Positions 21,901-48,400 of a DNA stretch of 64,000 nt are shown here, piece after piece. The stretch is from Lingula anatina. Taxonomy: Eukaryota; Animalia; Brachiopoda. Location: positions 16,492,001 through 16,556,000 of the forward strand of contig CM120645.1 in assembly GCA_051362555.1 (NCBI GenBank). The letters are read 5' to 3'. A model generated the notes under the pieces. The model searched no databases. It saw nothing but the letters and a program-made list of their open reading frames with translations, and was not told where the DNA came from. Position numbers and translations under genes: made by a program. The first letter of the stretch is position 1. Every line of letters begins with the position of its first letter.

Positions 21901-24900
21901 ATCAACCCATCCCCTGCTAGAGATGGCTCATGGCTTTGGCTCCTCCTGGGAAGATGGTGCCGCTGCCATAATCTATTAGTTCTACTGCTGGGTATATCAG
22001 CCATTGCTCCAATGGGAAAAGTCCTGGGAGATTTATTATCACCCCAGTTTTTTAATCTGGGTTCATTGCTCTCTGCGTTTGTGGAAGAACTTTTAGGATC
22101 AGAGGACAAGAAAACAGCATCATCCTCTTCATGAGAGTCTACAGTCATATGCTTGGTTCTCTCAACTAATCTTTGCATTTCTGGTACAAATAAAGCATTC
22201 AAATTTGGCACCAAAGGACTATAAGGTAGGAGACTTCTGCACTTTACAGACTCCACTTTTTTGCTAGTCTCAGTTGTTTTATTTGGACTCCTTGAGTATT
22301 TATATTTTAGTTTAGTGGTAACTTGTCTGCGCATTGACGTCTCAGTGTTAGTCTCAATTCTAAGGTTCTCCTCTTGCACTGAGGTGACCTTGATGCTGTC
22401 TTCAAACACAATACTAGTTCCACTGTACTCTTCCCCATAACCCCCAGGGTCTGCATCCTGGGGCGAGGCTGAGAAAGATTCTTGGTCAAAGTTATTACTG
22501 TCGCTGCTTTCTTCTGAATCGGACATACTTGAAAGTAGAATAATAAATAGCTAGCTCCTTCACAATTCCAATTTGGGTTGTCAACTGAGAGTAAATTTAA
22601 TTCATATATTTATCTGATTTGCTACTGTGGAATTCACATTTTTCAAACTATATTTCACAAAGAAAGCATAATTAAGGCAGTGTCTTCATATTCTCAATTC
22701 TTAATTTACAGCAACAGCTCTAAATATAATATTGCTGATATCAAAAGCAATTTTAAACACATAATAGAGTATACAAAAAGAAAAAAAAACACTTACTCAT
22801 CCAGATCTCTGATTGGTGTGCTTGGTAAAGGACCCTGGGGTGGTTTGGCTGACATTGTGGGGGTCTGTTCCAGCCAGGCAGCATTATAACCCACTATGTA
22901 CTGGTGACTCAAGTTGGCTAAAACTTTCACCTCTCTGAGAATCTGTAAACGAACACTGCAAGGTAACTGATGTTTCTAACTACAAAACAAGTGATATACT
23001 ATTTCAAAAAATAAAATCTTTATGAGTCACATTTGCTGTACTGTAAAAGAGCAGCAACCCGGCTACCAGAGCCAAGTGGAAACTCATCCATACTACCCTT
23101 TAACACAGGAATAGAATTGGAAAAAAATCAAATAAGCATTTGTGAAAATTTGATCATGGCAAAACTCTCCTGGATGTCATGCACACAAAGAGATTTCAAA
23201 ATGAAGAAGCTGGTACACATCAGTTCAGGCTATTCATTGTATACTGGCCACTTTTCTTTATCACAGTGAAAAACTTGAGATGTTACAACTCACCTTCACC
23301 CACCCCTCTGGCTGATTGGGTTTCAATCTAATTTTCTTCACTGCATACTCACACCCATCTAACTTGTGCTTGACCTGCAGTACAGCAAAAATAAAGTTTA
23401 AGTATAAATCATAATTAATATCTTACTAACAAATTATACACAATGTGTCTACAAAATTTATTTGAATTCTAACATCAGCCTCAAGTACATAAAACACACA
23501 TGTAATATTTTTAGTCCAGAAATTAACTCAAGAAAATGTGTGCGTGTATATATTATTCTTTAATTCAATGCCCAATAATGTAATGTACTTGTGAGAATAG
23601 GGTTATGTAACACTACACAGGCCTACAGGCAAGGGGGCTTTGGGTTGGTCCAAGTAAACTTATAACTAGGAAATGGTCCACTCTGAGTCAATATTCTGCC
23701 CAGGTTTTGGTTGCTCATCCATTGAAATCAATGAGGTTAAGCTTGGTTTTTGTGGTTAGGAGATAAGGTGATCAATTTAATTTCAACACCATAGGTTCTA
23801 TCATGACAGAATTGAAAATTGAAGCATGTGTCAGTTCTGCAGCCACATGGATCACTTTTCAACCAACCCCCCCCCCCCCCCCCCCCACCTCCAGTTGAAA
23901 TTTTTGGCTATAGACCTGATGCATAAGCAATGCATACTAACCCTATATACACTTCCAAACCCTCCTCTGCCCAGTTTCTCCTGCTCCACAAACTCCTCTG
24001 TGTACCTTGATGTGTGCATGTGCATCAGATCGTCAAAGCTCGCATTACGTATGAGACTAAAAAGAAAACAGTTGCTGCATGAAAACTGATGGTTACATTC
24101 AGAGGTATCCTATTTGGGATTGTTGCTCTAAATCAAATTTTTGAGAATTATATTCTCAAACTCACGAGTCATGTACAGACACGTCCCTGCACTTAAATCT
24201 TGTTTTATACCATTTCTAATAACTTTATTACTAAATCATTTACTATGTATTAATGTACCTGTACCCTCGTGAGTTTAAGACCCCTCTACTGGGGGTCACA
24301 CACTGACTAAAGTGACCAAGACTTACAAGTACTGTCAGTGAAATATTGAATCTGGTAAACATTCAACCTTTATACCAATCTGAAGTTTGCCACCAACACA
24401 ATAACTTTTCAGTCATATTTGTTATTTATTGCTGCCATGGTACAAGGACAACCATAACTGACTATATTTTCAATTTTTTTAATTCAAATATTTGGGACTA
24501 GTGAGTATTCATCAAAATTAGGTACTGATGTAACTAAGTTTGGAAATGTTATTTATAATTTTTAAAAATAATAAATTTTTCTTTCAAAGTGTTTATATGT
24601 GTGTGCAACAGCATGTTACCATGAGCAAAAGGGTGTGCCCTCGTGAGCACACATACATTCTCATGCATGAAAGAATGCATGCATTATTGCATACACGTAC
24701 ATGTCTGTGTGAACACGTGTAGTAACTAGTGGATATACATGCAATTGCTTTACCTTTCCTGTGGATTTACTGTTGGGAACATCTCGGAGGAGGGCAAAGC
24801 CTTTGGTGGACCAAATTCCTGCAAATATCAAAATTAACCATTAGAGCTGTTAGTGTACTGGTATTATACCTATAATGGACTTCACATATAATAGTCAAAA

Positions 24901-27229
24901 ATAACTTATTATAAGGAGGTCTACTGTACACAGTACAATACTTAAAAAATTTCAACAACTTTAAAATGTACAAATCCTTCAATAACTGGACATCACTCAC
25001 ACTGTTGACATGCCTCCTGGCAGCTCTCAGCAGGTTTGGCAGCTGTTTTCTATACTGTGACCGGATCATACTAAGCTCATCCAGGTAAACAAGTGGGGAC
25101 ATCACCTTCAGGCTGGCTAGGTAACTGCACAGTACTGGCAGTTTTTAAAAAAGACATATATGAGTTCTGTAAATGACTTAGGATATGACAGGATACAGAA
25201 CTGTCCCAACTGTGAATATTTCATTCAATACATATTGAAATGTAATATAAAAAGAAAAAAAAGAAAAGAAAGAACTCAGGTGTTACTAGTACATGTTTCT
25301 TATAAATACAAAATATTAAATTTCATCAATTATGACAGGATGTGTGGAGATACTCAGTCACTCATTTTGAACTTTTTTCTTCTAATTTATAGATTTGATC
25401 CGTTTCGATTTTCTCCCTTAAAAGCCAATCTCTACCTCACATCCAATCATAACAATGAGTTAACACTGCAAAGGATGTTTTTGCCATCTATCACCACAGA
25501 AGAAGTTTTATCTTGTACCTAAAAACCTATTGTCACTATTTACTATATCATACATGAATGTTTCCAAAACTTCAGCCACATCATAAATGATTCAAAATTA
25601 TCAAATATCGAAAAATTATTCTAATGCAAAAGAGAAATTTCTCCAAAATGCACCTTTGAATATCTCATAGCTTTTCCTTGGCTCTGGCTCATATATGCTG
25701 CAGATGAGCTCCAGTAAAGACACAGTTAGAAGGTGGTTTGGAACATGTGGCTGTGGTACTGCAATAGCACTGGTGTCATGACTCACTGCAATGGGTGCCT
25801 GATTCAAGTCTGAATCTGAAAATACACAAAAATGGGGGAAAATAAGAGCTTAGCCCGCAATTCGTTCAGCCATCATTTGCACGACCATTTCAAGAAGAAG
25901 AAAGTCTGTTTTATGTTTTTCTAATTAGTTTTTTTTTATTCATGCATTATAAAATTTCAGCACTTTTGCAGGAACCCCCCACACATAACATATAGCTCTG
26001 TGATTATCAATATCTTTTCAAAATGAATTTGTGTGGTGACTTTGAGTAATCTCGGATGTCACTGAATAGCTCAATACAGCACAATACAGTGCAACACAGC
26101 ACAACACACTTGAAAAAACGAGTCCAGTGGCAAGGTAATATGTGGGAAAACTTTCATTCCCAACATAATAGGGTTATATACAAGTAAAATATATTACTAT
26201 TATATAATCAATATTGTTGATACAACTTAACAAATCTGCACAATTTGTTTATGTGCACTTCTCAAATTCATTGGTTTAGCAAAAAAAAAAAAAAAAGACC
26301 AATATGTATAATTAGGTATATCACAATCCGCTAAGGGCGCCAGAGTAGAAACTGTCCAGCTGCAGTGCTGGGCAAAGCTGTGACCGGCCTGCTGACAGGT
26401 CACGAAGGACATCCCTTTTGAAATCTCTCTTTTAGCGCTGTGTAAATATACCAATACAACCCACCTACTAACTAAGCTGTCAATCAAAGGTTAAATTCTG
26501 GTCACATGACCTTCCCATGTTGGTATCTTTGAGAACATTAATTAGCCAATGTTTTAAAGTTTTGCCACAACGAAAATTTTCAAAAAGTTGGAAATTTTCA
26601 AGTAAGGACTGCATCATTATTTTTGTAGTTTATACCATTTAAAATTTCACAAAATTTGCAATCTAATGGAAAAAGTCCCATGAAAATTGAACGTTGCGAA
26701 GTATAGTTTATTTGATTCCTTTTGTAAAAGAGATAAAAAAAAAACCTAGATAGATGTATAAATTACCCTATGACCACAGGGAGATAGGGTTGCCCTGATT
26801 GGTCACAGGCTATGTGAGCCAGACAATAGGCTCTGTACACAAAGCCCCACACACAGGGTGCTCTGCTGCAGCTGATAATCACTGCTGGTCAGTGGTCACA
26901 GGTTTTTGGCTGAGAAGTGAGGACACTTTGGGTGTAATATATATAGCAGTTTAAAACTTCAAAATCTTTGTTGCTTGTAGGAATATTTTTAAAAATTCCA
27001 TTAGAATTGCAATCTGTTTTGCATTAATTTTCAGAAGATATAGATATTATGTTTTTCTGATCAGTTTGAATTTTTTTCTGATATACCTAACATAATCATC
27101 TCGATTTCTTCCCATCATAAAACGCAGGAATAAAAAGATTCCATCTTGCCACTCACCGTCAAACTCATTAATGGTCCGAGTTCTCCGTTTCAGTTTGGTT
27201 TGAGTTCCACGAGGCTCTTTAGATTGCAT
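18936..27229 (-). CDS. EIF2AK1: eIF2-alpha kinase 1 (HRI), ~755 aa
   Basis: Exons 27229-27157, 25815-25654, 25134-25001, 24818-24754, 24056-23942, 23374-23294, 22942-22797, 22527-21749, 21475-21369, 20938-20812, 20215-20109, 19611-19465, 19160-18936 (2268 nt, in frame). HRI-type N-terminus ([20 protein letters not shown]), [31 protein letters not shown], large kinase insert, [41 protein letters not shown] and a C-terminal coiled coil. Confidence 0.93.
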
Positions 27230-27629
27230 TATTGCTGTTCAGATACTCATCGGCCTTTGAGTTTCATTTTCAAAATTGAATTCTGTGACGCTGTTCTGTC
27301 AGAAGTGGTTTATGAAGCCACATCTTTTCAACATAGATATTGGAACAGTTGAAATGTGTACAAGATCAACACATCTTTTACCGCTTACGTGCCATAAGAC
27401 CTTGGATGTGTTCTAGAAAAACCATATCATCAAAAAAAGCACCGACAAGCAAAAAATGATGAAACCGCCGTGAAAATGGCAAAACGCTTGCATCCGATCC
27501 AAGCGGAGTAGATTTCCGGTTCCGCTCCTTCAGCAGCATGTGTATTCTCCCTGATTAGGCTAGAAGGTCTACTGAGTAGATGCATTGGTTTTAGACATAG
27601 TCACAGCGTAATCACGAATTTGTGTGAAC
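27230..27629. promoter_or_regulatory. Bidirectional promoter region between EIF2AK1 and PRMT6
   Basis: Divergent ATGs 400 bp apart; locally CpG-richer; ETS motif ACCGGAAAT on minus (27520-27512); ATTGG (CCAAT) at 27583-27587. Confidence 0.6.
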
Positions 27630-33817
<6,188 letters not shown>

Positions 33818-35355
33818 GAAGCACCTTTTCAACACAAAATTTCTGATTCTGAATGGAACTGGCACGTACCAAACCCTTTTGTGGTGCTACCAGAGTCGCG
33901 GGAGGAGATCCAGCATTGGTGATATATTTTTCCATCATACGAATATGCGATTGCACTTACTAGACTTAAAGGCACACAAACCAGGTTTTCCGTGCCAAAA
34001 TTCGTATTTAACAAATTATCCTGGGGTAAACAGCATTTTCCCCCTATTTGCCAACATTTAATGTCTTTCCTGATACTCGCCATGATACTTTTGCCATGAT
34101 TAGTGCTGTTATCAAACTGTATGAAGATAGACAGGGGGCAGTGATTATAATTATTTTTTTGTGCTATTTATTAAGGCCATTTATCTGACATATTTCTTTC
34201 AAAAGTTTTAATTGTCCTTAGAAAAGTTTAACAAGAAGCCATCCATGTACTCACTATGCATTTTAAATCCTACATTGTGTGCCTTTAAGTCTAAGAACAG
34301 TGTTGAATCAGTTATCTTCCAAGAATGCAACAGTGGAGTGTCCTCCCCAAACTTACAAATGAGGACTTTTGCTGGTGCCTGACATCACACCTAGACGATG
34401 GTGTGCATGACCCGACAGAGAGAGCCACAACAGGAGAACAAACCCAAGCCAAGTGTCCATTCTCACACCAACACTGATGTTTGTTATGATGGAGAATATA
34501 CAAGTTAACATAGATTTAATATTAAATAGAACAAAAAAAAATGTTATGTAATAAATGTTTTAAGAAAGGAGTTTATGTGGTTTTATGTAAAATTGAGTGT
34601 TTTAGTATTTTTTTTTTGTCTTCTCAAGGTACTACCAAATGTTAAGGATTGATAAACTTGGTATTCCTACTAAAATTTTGGCTTGTTCACAATATTTTTT
34701 CAAATCTATTTTTTAAATTTATTTTTAAGGATCAAATATGCCTACTTATATTAATTAAGGTGTAAATACTTTAGCATTTCTTCTGGCTTAAAAAATTCTT
34801 ATCACTTAATTATATACAATTGCAGGTGTTTGTAATATGTATGCCTATCAGCCTGAAAAATAGTGAAACAAAGGAAAGACCAACACTTAAATTAAAAATT
34901 TATTTCATGACCAGGAACAGTCACAGCCAGATGTAGCAGTTACAAAGTGGACGTCCAATTACATTTGCTTTACTAAGCCACAATACTTAACTTCAGTTTT
35001 GCAGTATGCTGAAGGATCTGTTTGAGACACACAAAAAGACAAAAAAATAATATAACATTCCTAAAATTGTTTTTAAAAAAATATGATCAAGGTAAAAATT
35101 GTGCCTCTTTTTGTTTCTTGTTATTTCATCTGAATATGTTTGACTAAGACGTGTTAATTGCTGTTTGCTGTGAAATACACCTACAACTTTAAGATGGCAA
35201 TTTGGATAAATAATGATTTCCTTTTTTTTCTCTGGGTGCATCATTATCCACAGAATCAAAATTGCTTGCACTAATGAGCCCCAGATAATGCAAGCATGTC
35301 TTTTCAAGCTTTTTTTTTTTTGGCTTTGTTCACTTTTCATATCCATCAGCCAGTG

Positions 35356-41607
<6,252 letters not shown>

Positions 41608-41828
41608 GTTTACCCTGGAACAATTTACTCATGATATGATTTTTCAAAACTCTAATTCAATAATTGTAATGTATGCAAGGGGAATGGATTTTGTGATTGT
41701 ATTCAAGAATGTAGGGGTTATTTTCTAATTTATAAGAGGAAATGAACTTTTCTGTTGGCTAAATAATCAATTTCATTCAATGAGCGAAGTCGTGGCATGT
41801 TTCTTCACACAACGCCCTTACTACTTAC

Positions 41829-42078
41829 CCAACAGAATCAATCAAATGCGAAACCGGCGGCAATGGAAGAAACTGAAGACTGAACAGCCGCGCACTTGGG
41901 AGCATTTGTACGTAAATAAGTCTTTTAAATTTATGTATAATATTACACTACATATTTTTCCAACTATTAAAAAAATGCGTTTATTATAATGTATTTAAAT
42001 AACAAATGATGGGACTTTAAATGCGAAGAAAAATACATATGCTGTGAAAACTGTCCCGCAGAGCACAGTTATTTCAAG
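41829..42078. promoter_or_regulatory. Bidirectional promoter region TMEM209/LSM3
   Basis: The TMEM209 first-exon donor (41828) and the LSM3 ATG (42079) are 250 bp apart and divergent. A YY1-type CAAGATGGCGG overlaps the LSM3 start codon. Confidence 0.6.
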
Positions 42079-44225
42079 ATGGCGGACGACCAAGAGCAGG
42101 TGCGTGTTTTATGCGTCAATTTGGTGGTGTATTTCTACTCACGTAGGGCATTTTTGACCACGAAGTACATGGGCCTAAATGAAAAAAATGTATCAAGGGT
42201 ATAGAGAACAATTGTCAGCCGAATTACCTGACGTTAAATCCTAAAATAACCATACCGGCTCTTACCCCCTCCCCCTCGGCCTCGTGTTTTGTTTATATCA
42301 TTTGCAACAAATCAACGTGCGTCTCTCGTTTGGTTGCTACTTAAATGCGTGTTATTTTTAGATGCCTTTTTTGCCAGTAGACCCACTTTCGCTATGAACA
42401 AAGTTAAGTGTAAAGTAGCCCCTTGTTAAATCAAACCCCCTTTTAATGGTGAAAACAAAGTTGAAATCAGTATAATTGTAGGACACACATGCATGTACTA
42501 GTATCATCATGATGGCATCATGGCCGTAAATGGATTATTACGTACTGGGTACTTTGCATATTCCGAAAGCTTTATATTGCGAGTGGTTATAATAAAAGAT
42601 TACAATGTCAATGGTTTTACTGATTTCCTATGTCAGTGCATCTTGACATATTGTTGAATACTTTACACTTTTGGCATTTGGAACGATAGTTTGTTGGAAT
42701 TTTGTTCATACTTGATTCTATTATTATTATTATTAAATTTGCAATCTGAGGGTTGGATAAATACATTCTTTGCACCACTTACGTCAGAATTTTATATTCT
42801 TTATCACCTACTGCATTTCAGCAAGCCCCAGCCAACACTGTGGAAGAGCCCTTGGATCTGATAAGACTCAGTTTAGATGAGAGGATTTATGTTAAGATGA
42901 GAAATGATCGTGAACTCAGAGGAAGGCTACATGTGAGTCTTATCATGTTAAACTTAGATTGAAAAATAAGTAATACGCCCGTAGAAAAAAGAATGTTTTA
43001 TCTTCAGTTTTTTTATGTGTAATATCCGAAAAAAAGTGTATTGACAACAAAACAACAGAGTTAATTAAAGACAAAAAGAAATTATGATTTTATTGCTATG
43101 CTTATTTCAAGTGATTGTGTTGAATAAGAATAATTGTAGCATTAGTAAAGTTTTTTTTTTTTTTTTTTTTTGGACAGTTTTCATTCATTTCTCGATTGCC
43201 AGTAATTGATAGCTGCCATTTTTAAATTTATAAATAATTTGCAATCACTTTCAGGCATATGACCAACATTTAAACATGATCCTTGGAGAGGTGGAAGAAA
43301 CCGTGACAACAGTTGAGATAGACGAGGAAACATATGAAGAAATTTATAAGGTACAATCAGAAGATAATTGAATTATGCTGTATAGTCTAACTACAGTTAC
43401 AGCATTATGAACTTTCTATTTTTAATTGTTTTTTCCTTTGGCTGTTACTACTATTTAAGTATAATGGGAGAGAGTCATTTATAGGCAGAAATGAAAATTT
43501 TTAAAAATTTTACTGATAACATGCTACTCTAAGAACTTGGTTGGGAAGCAGTTCTGTCAATAAATTCAAATAATGTTTCTATATATTTTGTCTAAAAGTC
43601 GGCTCATGAATGCAAAATAGAGGAATTTTTCTGCCATTTGGTGTTTTTCTTCCTAGAGGTCATTCATAGCATTTGTTCAGATTTTAGCTCACATTGGCTA
43701 TGGTTTAAAGGGATAATAACTCTTCGTATGAAATCTGTATTTCACAATAAAAACATAGTGAGTGACTCATAAAGATATTATATATTCTGTTTTCCCACAA
43801 AAACGGCTGTTATAGCTATTATTCTGATATCTGAGCTTGTCTTTAGACCACGTGACCTCCATTGATGGCTATACTCTGTTAAAACCTCTTAAGAGATTTT
43901 AACAAAAAACCAAACTTTTTAGAAAAAAACCAGGGACTAACTTTGAATGTAAAAATGGATTCATTAACCATTGGTTAGTATGGGAAAATTGTTGTTTACT
44001 CCAGGAAAATTCATTTTTTGGCCAAAACGAAGAGTTATTATCACTTTAAGTAAAATTTGTTCTTTTTATGTACTGTTCTTTGCATCCTTGCTGCTACTTA
44101 ATTGAGATAGATTAATTACATAATTGACCGTTTCTGTTTTTTAGTCCACAAAGAGAAATATCCCTATGCTGTTTGTAAGAGGAGATGGAGTGATACTGGT
44201 CTCACCTCCACTCAGAACAGGATAA
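42079..44225 (+). CDS. LSM3: U6 snRNA-associated Sm-like protein LSm3, 102 aa
   Basis: Exons 42079-42099, 42822-42932, 43255-43350, 44145-44225 give [108 protein letters not shown] at 44899. Confidence 0.98.
43709..44045. mobile_element. Non-autonomous DNA transposon with TTAA TSD (Kolobok-like), LSM3 intron 3
   Basis: TTAA|AGGGATAATAACTCTTCG ... CGAAGAGTTATTATCACT|TTAA: 18-bp TIR with one mismatch and purine-purine termini. Confidence 0.8.
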
Positions 44226-45428
44226 CATAGAACTAAGACTTTCTAATATGAGACATTACTGTTATTGTGGGCTTCATTGATGAAATCAGTGAGTGCATTA
44301 GTGAAGCTAATCTTGATGTCAGCAGGGATGCCAAAGCAATGTTATATGAGACATAAGGACATATTTTGCTGGTCATCAGTGATTTTGGTTTAAAAAAAAA
44401 AAAGATTTCGGGATTAATTAAGACAGCACGTTGCTGCTTGTCATTGCAAGTTGATAACTTTTTCCAGCCATTGGGCTTTTCCCAACACGTCAGGCTTTCA
44501 ACAGATTCCAGGACAGAAATCAGACAAGCGCAACAGTTACTGTTCTGAATAAGATGTATTATGTGTTTTTCCCAAATTTCAATGAAATGTTGAATCAGTG
44601 AAAAGGTAATAGCATATTGGCTCAGAGTTAGAAGTATTGCACAGGTTAGTTTTACTAACTTATATCCATTATAAAGCCTGACTATTGTCCTTGCCCTTTT
44701 TTTTTTTTTTTTTTACATTTAGTGACTGAATTCTTAAATGTAGACCTATTTCTGTTTAAGAAAATTATTACAATTCTTAAGATGTCATTTTTTGGTCTTG
44801 AAAATGGCAACAAGATCATGTTGTTAATGGTGTTACTTAGCCATGATACTTGGTGGCTTTAAATAGCTGTATTATAGAAACAATATTTTTTACTTTGTAA
44901 TAAACAATATTATATTTAGTTTTATGTCAGTATTTATATAAACCTTTAAAAGTTATGTTAAAAATTGCTGTTAACTTGGTTAACAATGTATAAAATGGTG
45001 TTACTTAAAAGAAATATAGAGAGTGGGGTAGAAGAAAAGCATTTTTTAAAAGTGCCCCCATTTAAATTTGTAAATTCAGAAAATAAGCGTATTATGAAAA
45101 TTTACTTTAAAATTAATAGATCAAAAATAATAATAGTTATTATCAAAAGAGCAGTAAGAAACCAACAAAAAGAAAAGTAAAAGTCTTTATTAACTGTTGC
45201 AGAAATACGAAGTTGAGAGAAGATGACATGTATACTGTCTTAAGTACAGCGATTCATTTGTCTGTGCAAAAATCTTGTCGACGGGGTTTGTAAATAAATG
45301 CAGAAACTTCTCCAACTACAATTCAAAACAATTAACAAACGGATAAGTATCTTCATGAAATCTTTCACTTTTGTGAGTCATTTTCACGTATTTTGATGCA
45401 TCATTTACTTTCAATTTTGAGAAAGTTT

Positions 45429-48400
45429 TTACTGCAGCACCACTTGTTGTGTCTGTACATCATAAAGTGGGTTGTCAAAGTTTTCACTAACGTGGCTGCT
45501 GGAAGTCTGAGGTTCCTCTTCGCTGAGGTGGGTAAATCTCTCGAAGAAAAGGCCGCCTTCCTGAATGATATATCATATTGAATATACTTCAGTAGATTAT
45601 TGTCATCCTGATGTTGAAAATAATACCTCATTAAAATTACAGTTAATGATGCACTATGATAATGGATAATCTTGTTGTTGAAAAACAAATTATTAGAAGC
45701 AATTAAGCACTGGGTGTTTAACCAAAGTTTTTTTTTTTTTTTATGAGAAAAAGACTCAAAAAGATACTGACATTTTGTTCAAAAGGATTTTGACTGAACC
45801 ATTGCACATTTTGAAGAAAATTTCAAGGTGTTTTTTTTTCTAAAAGAAAGTTAATTGTGTGTGTGTAAATAATATTACCTTTCTGAATCTCATTAAGATG
45901 TCCACCTTTCCACTTTTTTTCCACCAGAATTTGTACACCAAAACAAGTACTGCCAGTACTAGTATGCTTGCCACAATAATTCCAATTAATTCTGCTATCA
46001 GTGTGGTACTCTGGTGAAACGATACAGTAACTCATCTATATGTGTATACATGGCAAAGTTGTAGTTTAAGAAGGATATGTGTTCAGATGAACCAAAACTT
46101 TTAATTATTAAAATATGAAATGGAACGAATGATGCACCCCATTTTACAAAGGTCGAATATAAAGCCAATGAAGTTAAGCATTTCTTAATGACTTTAACAT
46201 AACTTTAAATAAAAAATTACATTTTAAAAAATCAGTTACCGAAATGGACCATTTACCACATTTTCAATATACAGCAATTATAATCTATGACATATGGCAC
46301 ATACATTACAGATGACCATTCCCAGATTCTGAATTTGAATACAATATGCTAAGAAAAGAGTCACAGCACATTTTACTAATTTTTCTGAATTTTTGTAGGT
46401 TTTCTTAAAGTTATGCTCTAGGTCAACTAAACTTCTACTTACTGATCCTGCAGTAGGAAGCTCTCCTCCAGGTACCTGACAATGTAAGATAGATGAATTG
46501 ATTAGTCAAAGTATTAATTTACCCTCTCTGCTCTCCTTTTTATTACACAATCACGTTACAAATCTATGTAAAAATTTTAATTGAAATAGATCTTTTGTCA
46601 TAATTAATACACATATAACAGTTGATAAATGTACCTGTAATAATGGACCGCTCTGGGAATACTAATTTAATTACTTGTCAACCACAAAAATGTAGCGGTC
46701 ATGCATTTACATGGGTCTACAATAGTTTTATTCACATTTTGCCAATTATCTGAATGAAATTTAATTTGTGTAATGCAGCAAGATCATCCAAGATAACCAA
46801 AAATTTTGTGACTTAAAATCAGAGCAAGATTTCACAGGATATGGAGGAGGGTGGGGTCAGAAATAATCATAATGGTAGACTGGCCAATGCACTGTGTTGA
46901 CAAATAGGTAAAAGCTGAGAGAATATATCCACAAAATTAATATTTTCTGATAGCTATGTTATACAAAAGTACAAATTCACCATATTTTGCGAGCCACTCT
47001 TGTATTGCCTTCTAAAAAGACATCACAGATGTTTTTACTGTAGCACTACTTGCTGTGTGCATGAAGTTTCACATGCATTGCTAAAAAGGTGGACACTTAC
47101 ATTCTTCTAGCCTCATGCGACAAAGCTACATAGTGTTGCTAGCTTCATTTCAGGCTTTCTTGGATGATCTTAACTTTATCAATATCTTTCTTATCATTTG
47201 AACAAAATATTATTGATAAAATTTCCTATATTAAGGATACAAAAGACCTTTTTACCTTTTGAGTTGAAATATGTGCCAGCTCTAGTGGTTGTTTTATTAT
47301 GTGTATAATCCCATTGGTTGCTGGTATATTTGCCTCAACCACCCTAATACCATCTACATAGAAACCCTGTTTAAAAGAAATAATCTAAATCAGGACATAA
47401 AATTGAAATTATAAAATTATAAAATTATAAAATTTCAGTTGGGACTGGCATAAATAAAAGAGGCCTCAACGTGCTGACTACCTATCAATGAATCCACCAA
47501 TACACTGTTTGTCATTTATTTTGGGAATCGCCTATTATAATGATGGCATCTTGCCTATCTTGGGATGGAGGAGATATAAATGCATATTTATCTACTACAT
47601 TGAAACATATAGTCCATGATTTTAAGCTCCCCAACTTTTCACACAGATGTTCAGAGAGGAGGTCATCTCTTGAGTATGTACCACCAATATGGCACGTGCT
47701 TGAAAGGTGCACCACATTAAAAAGTGAGCTGGGAACATTACTGTGGACATTCTAACAAAGATTTCTAGGTGTAAAGACCACTAAAATTTTAACATCTTAG
47801 AATTTTGGTTAACAAAAATTAAGTACTATTAAAGTGAAAATGCATCAGTCATCCCCCAAATAAAATAGATAGATAGATAAACTCATTCACCTGTTTCTTA
47901 AACTGTACTTTCAGCTGCTGGCCAATCAAAGACACTAGGGTTGTATTGTTAAATTGGTCAGCATCCAAATTCACTGCTCCAGTCACAAAGTGGTTTCTTA
48001 ATGCAGCAGTAGACAGAGCCTTTGAAAAATGTATCAAGCATTTACTAGTGATTTTTTAAATTCAAACATTTCAGTCTTAAAATTTTTTTTATCTCCGTAT
48101 GCATACCTAGAAAAAAAATGGGGGGGGAGGGGAGGGGAAGAGGGAATATTTTCGATTAGGAAATTCAAACATTTCTTTTCATCTTTACATACATACTTGT
48201 GTATTCACTAGATATAATGACATACCGTCACATCTTTGAGCCAAAAATGATGTAAATAGTACTTTTTTTCTCTTACAAATATGCTTGCCAATAACACCTT
48301 GATAAATTATGTGAAAAATATTGCAATATCATATTATCGTAAAATACATATTATTGTAATGAACAAATCTGGTGTAATTCTTGTACAATAAAGGATATGA

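Noticed and set aside
45401-45688. ORF-track 95-aa protein as the stabilin tail
   Set aside because: The phase-compatible exon 45560-45429 in another frame encodes the FDNPLY tail.
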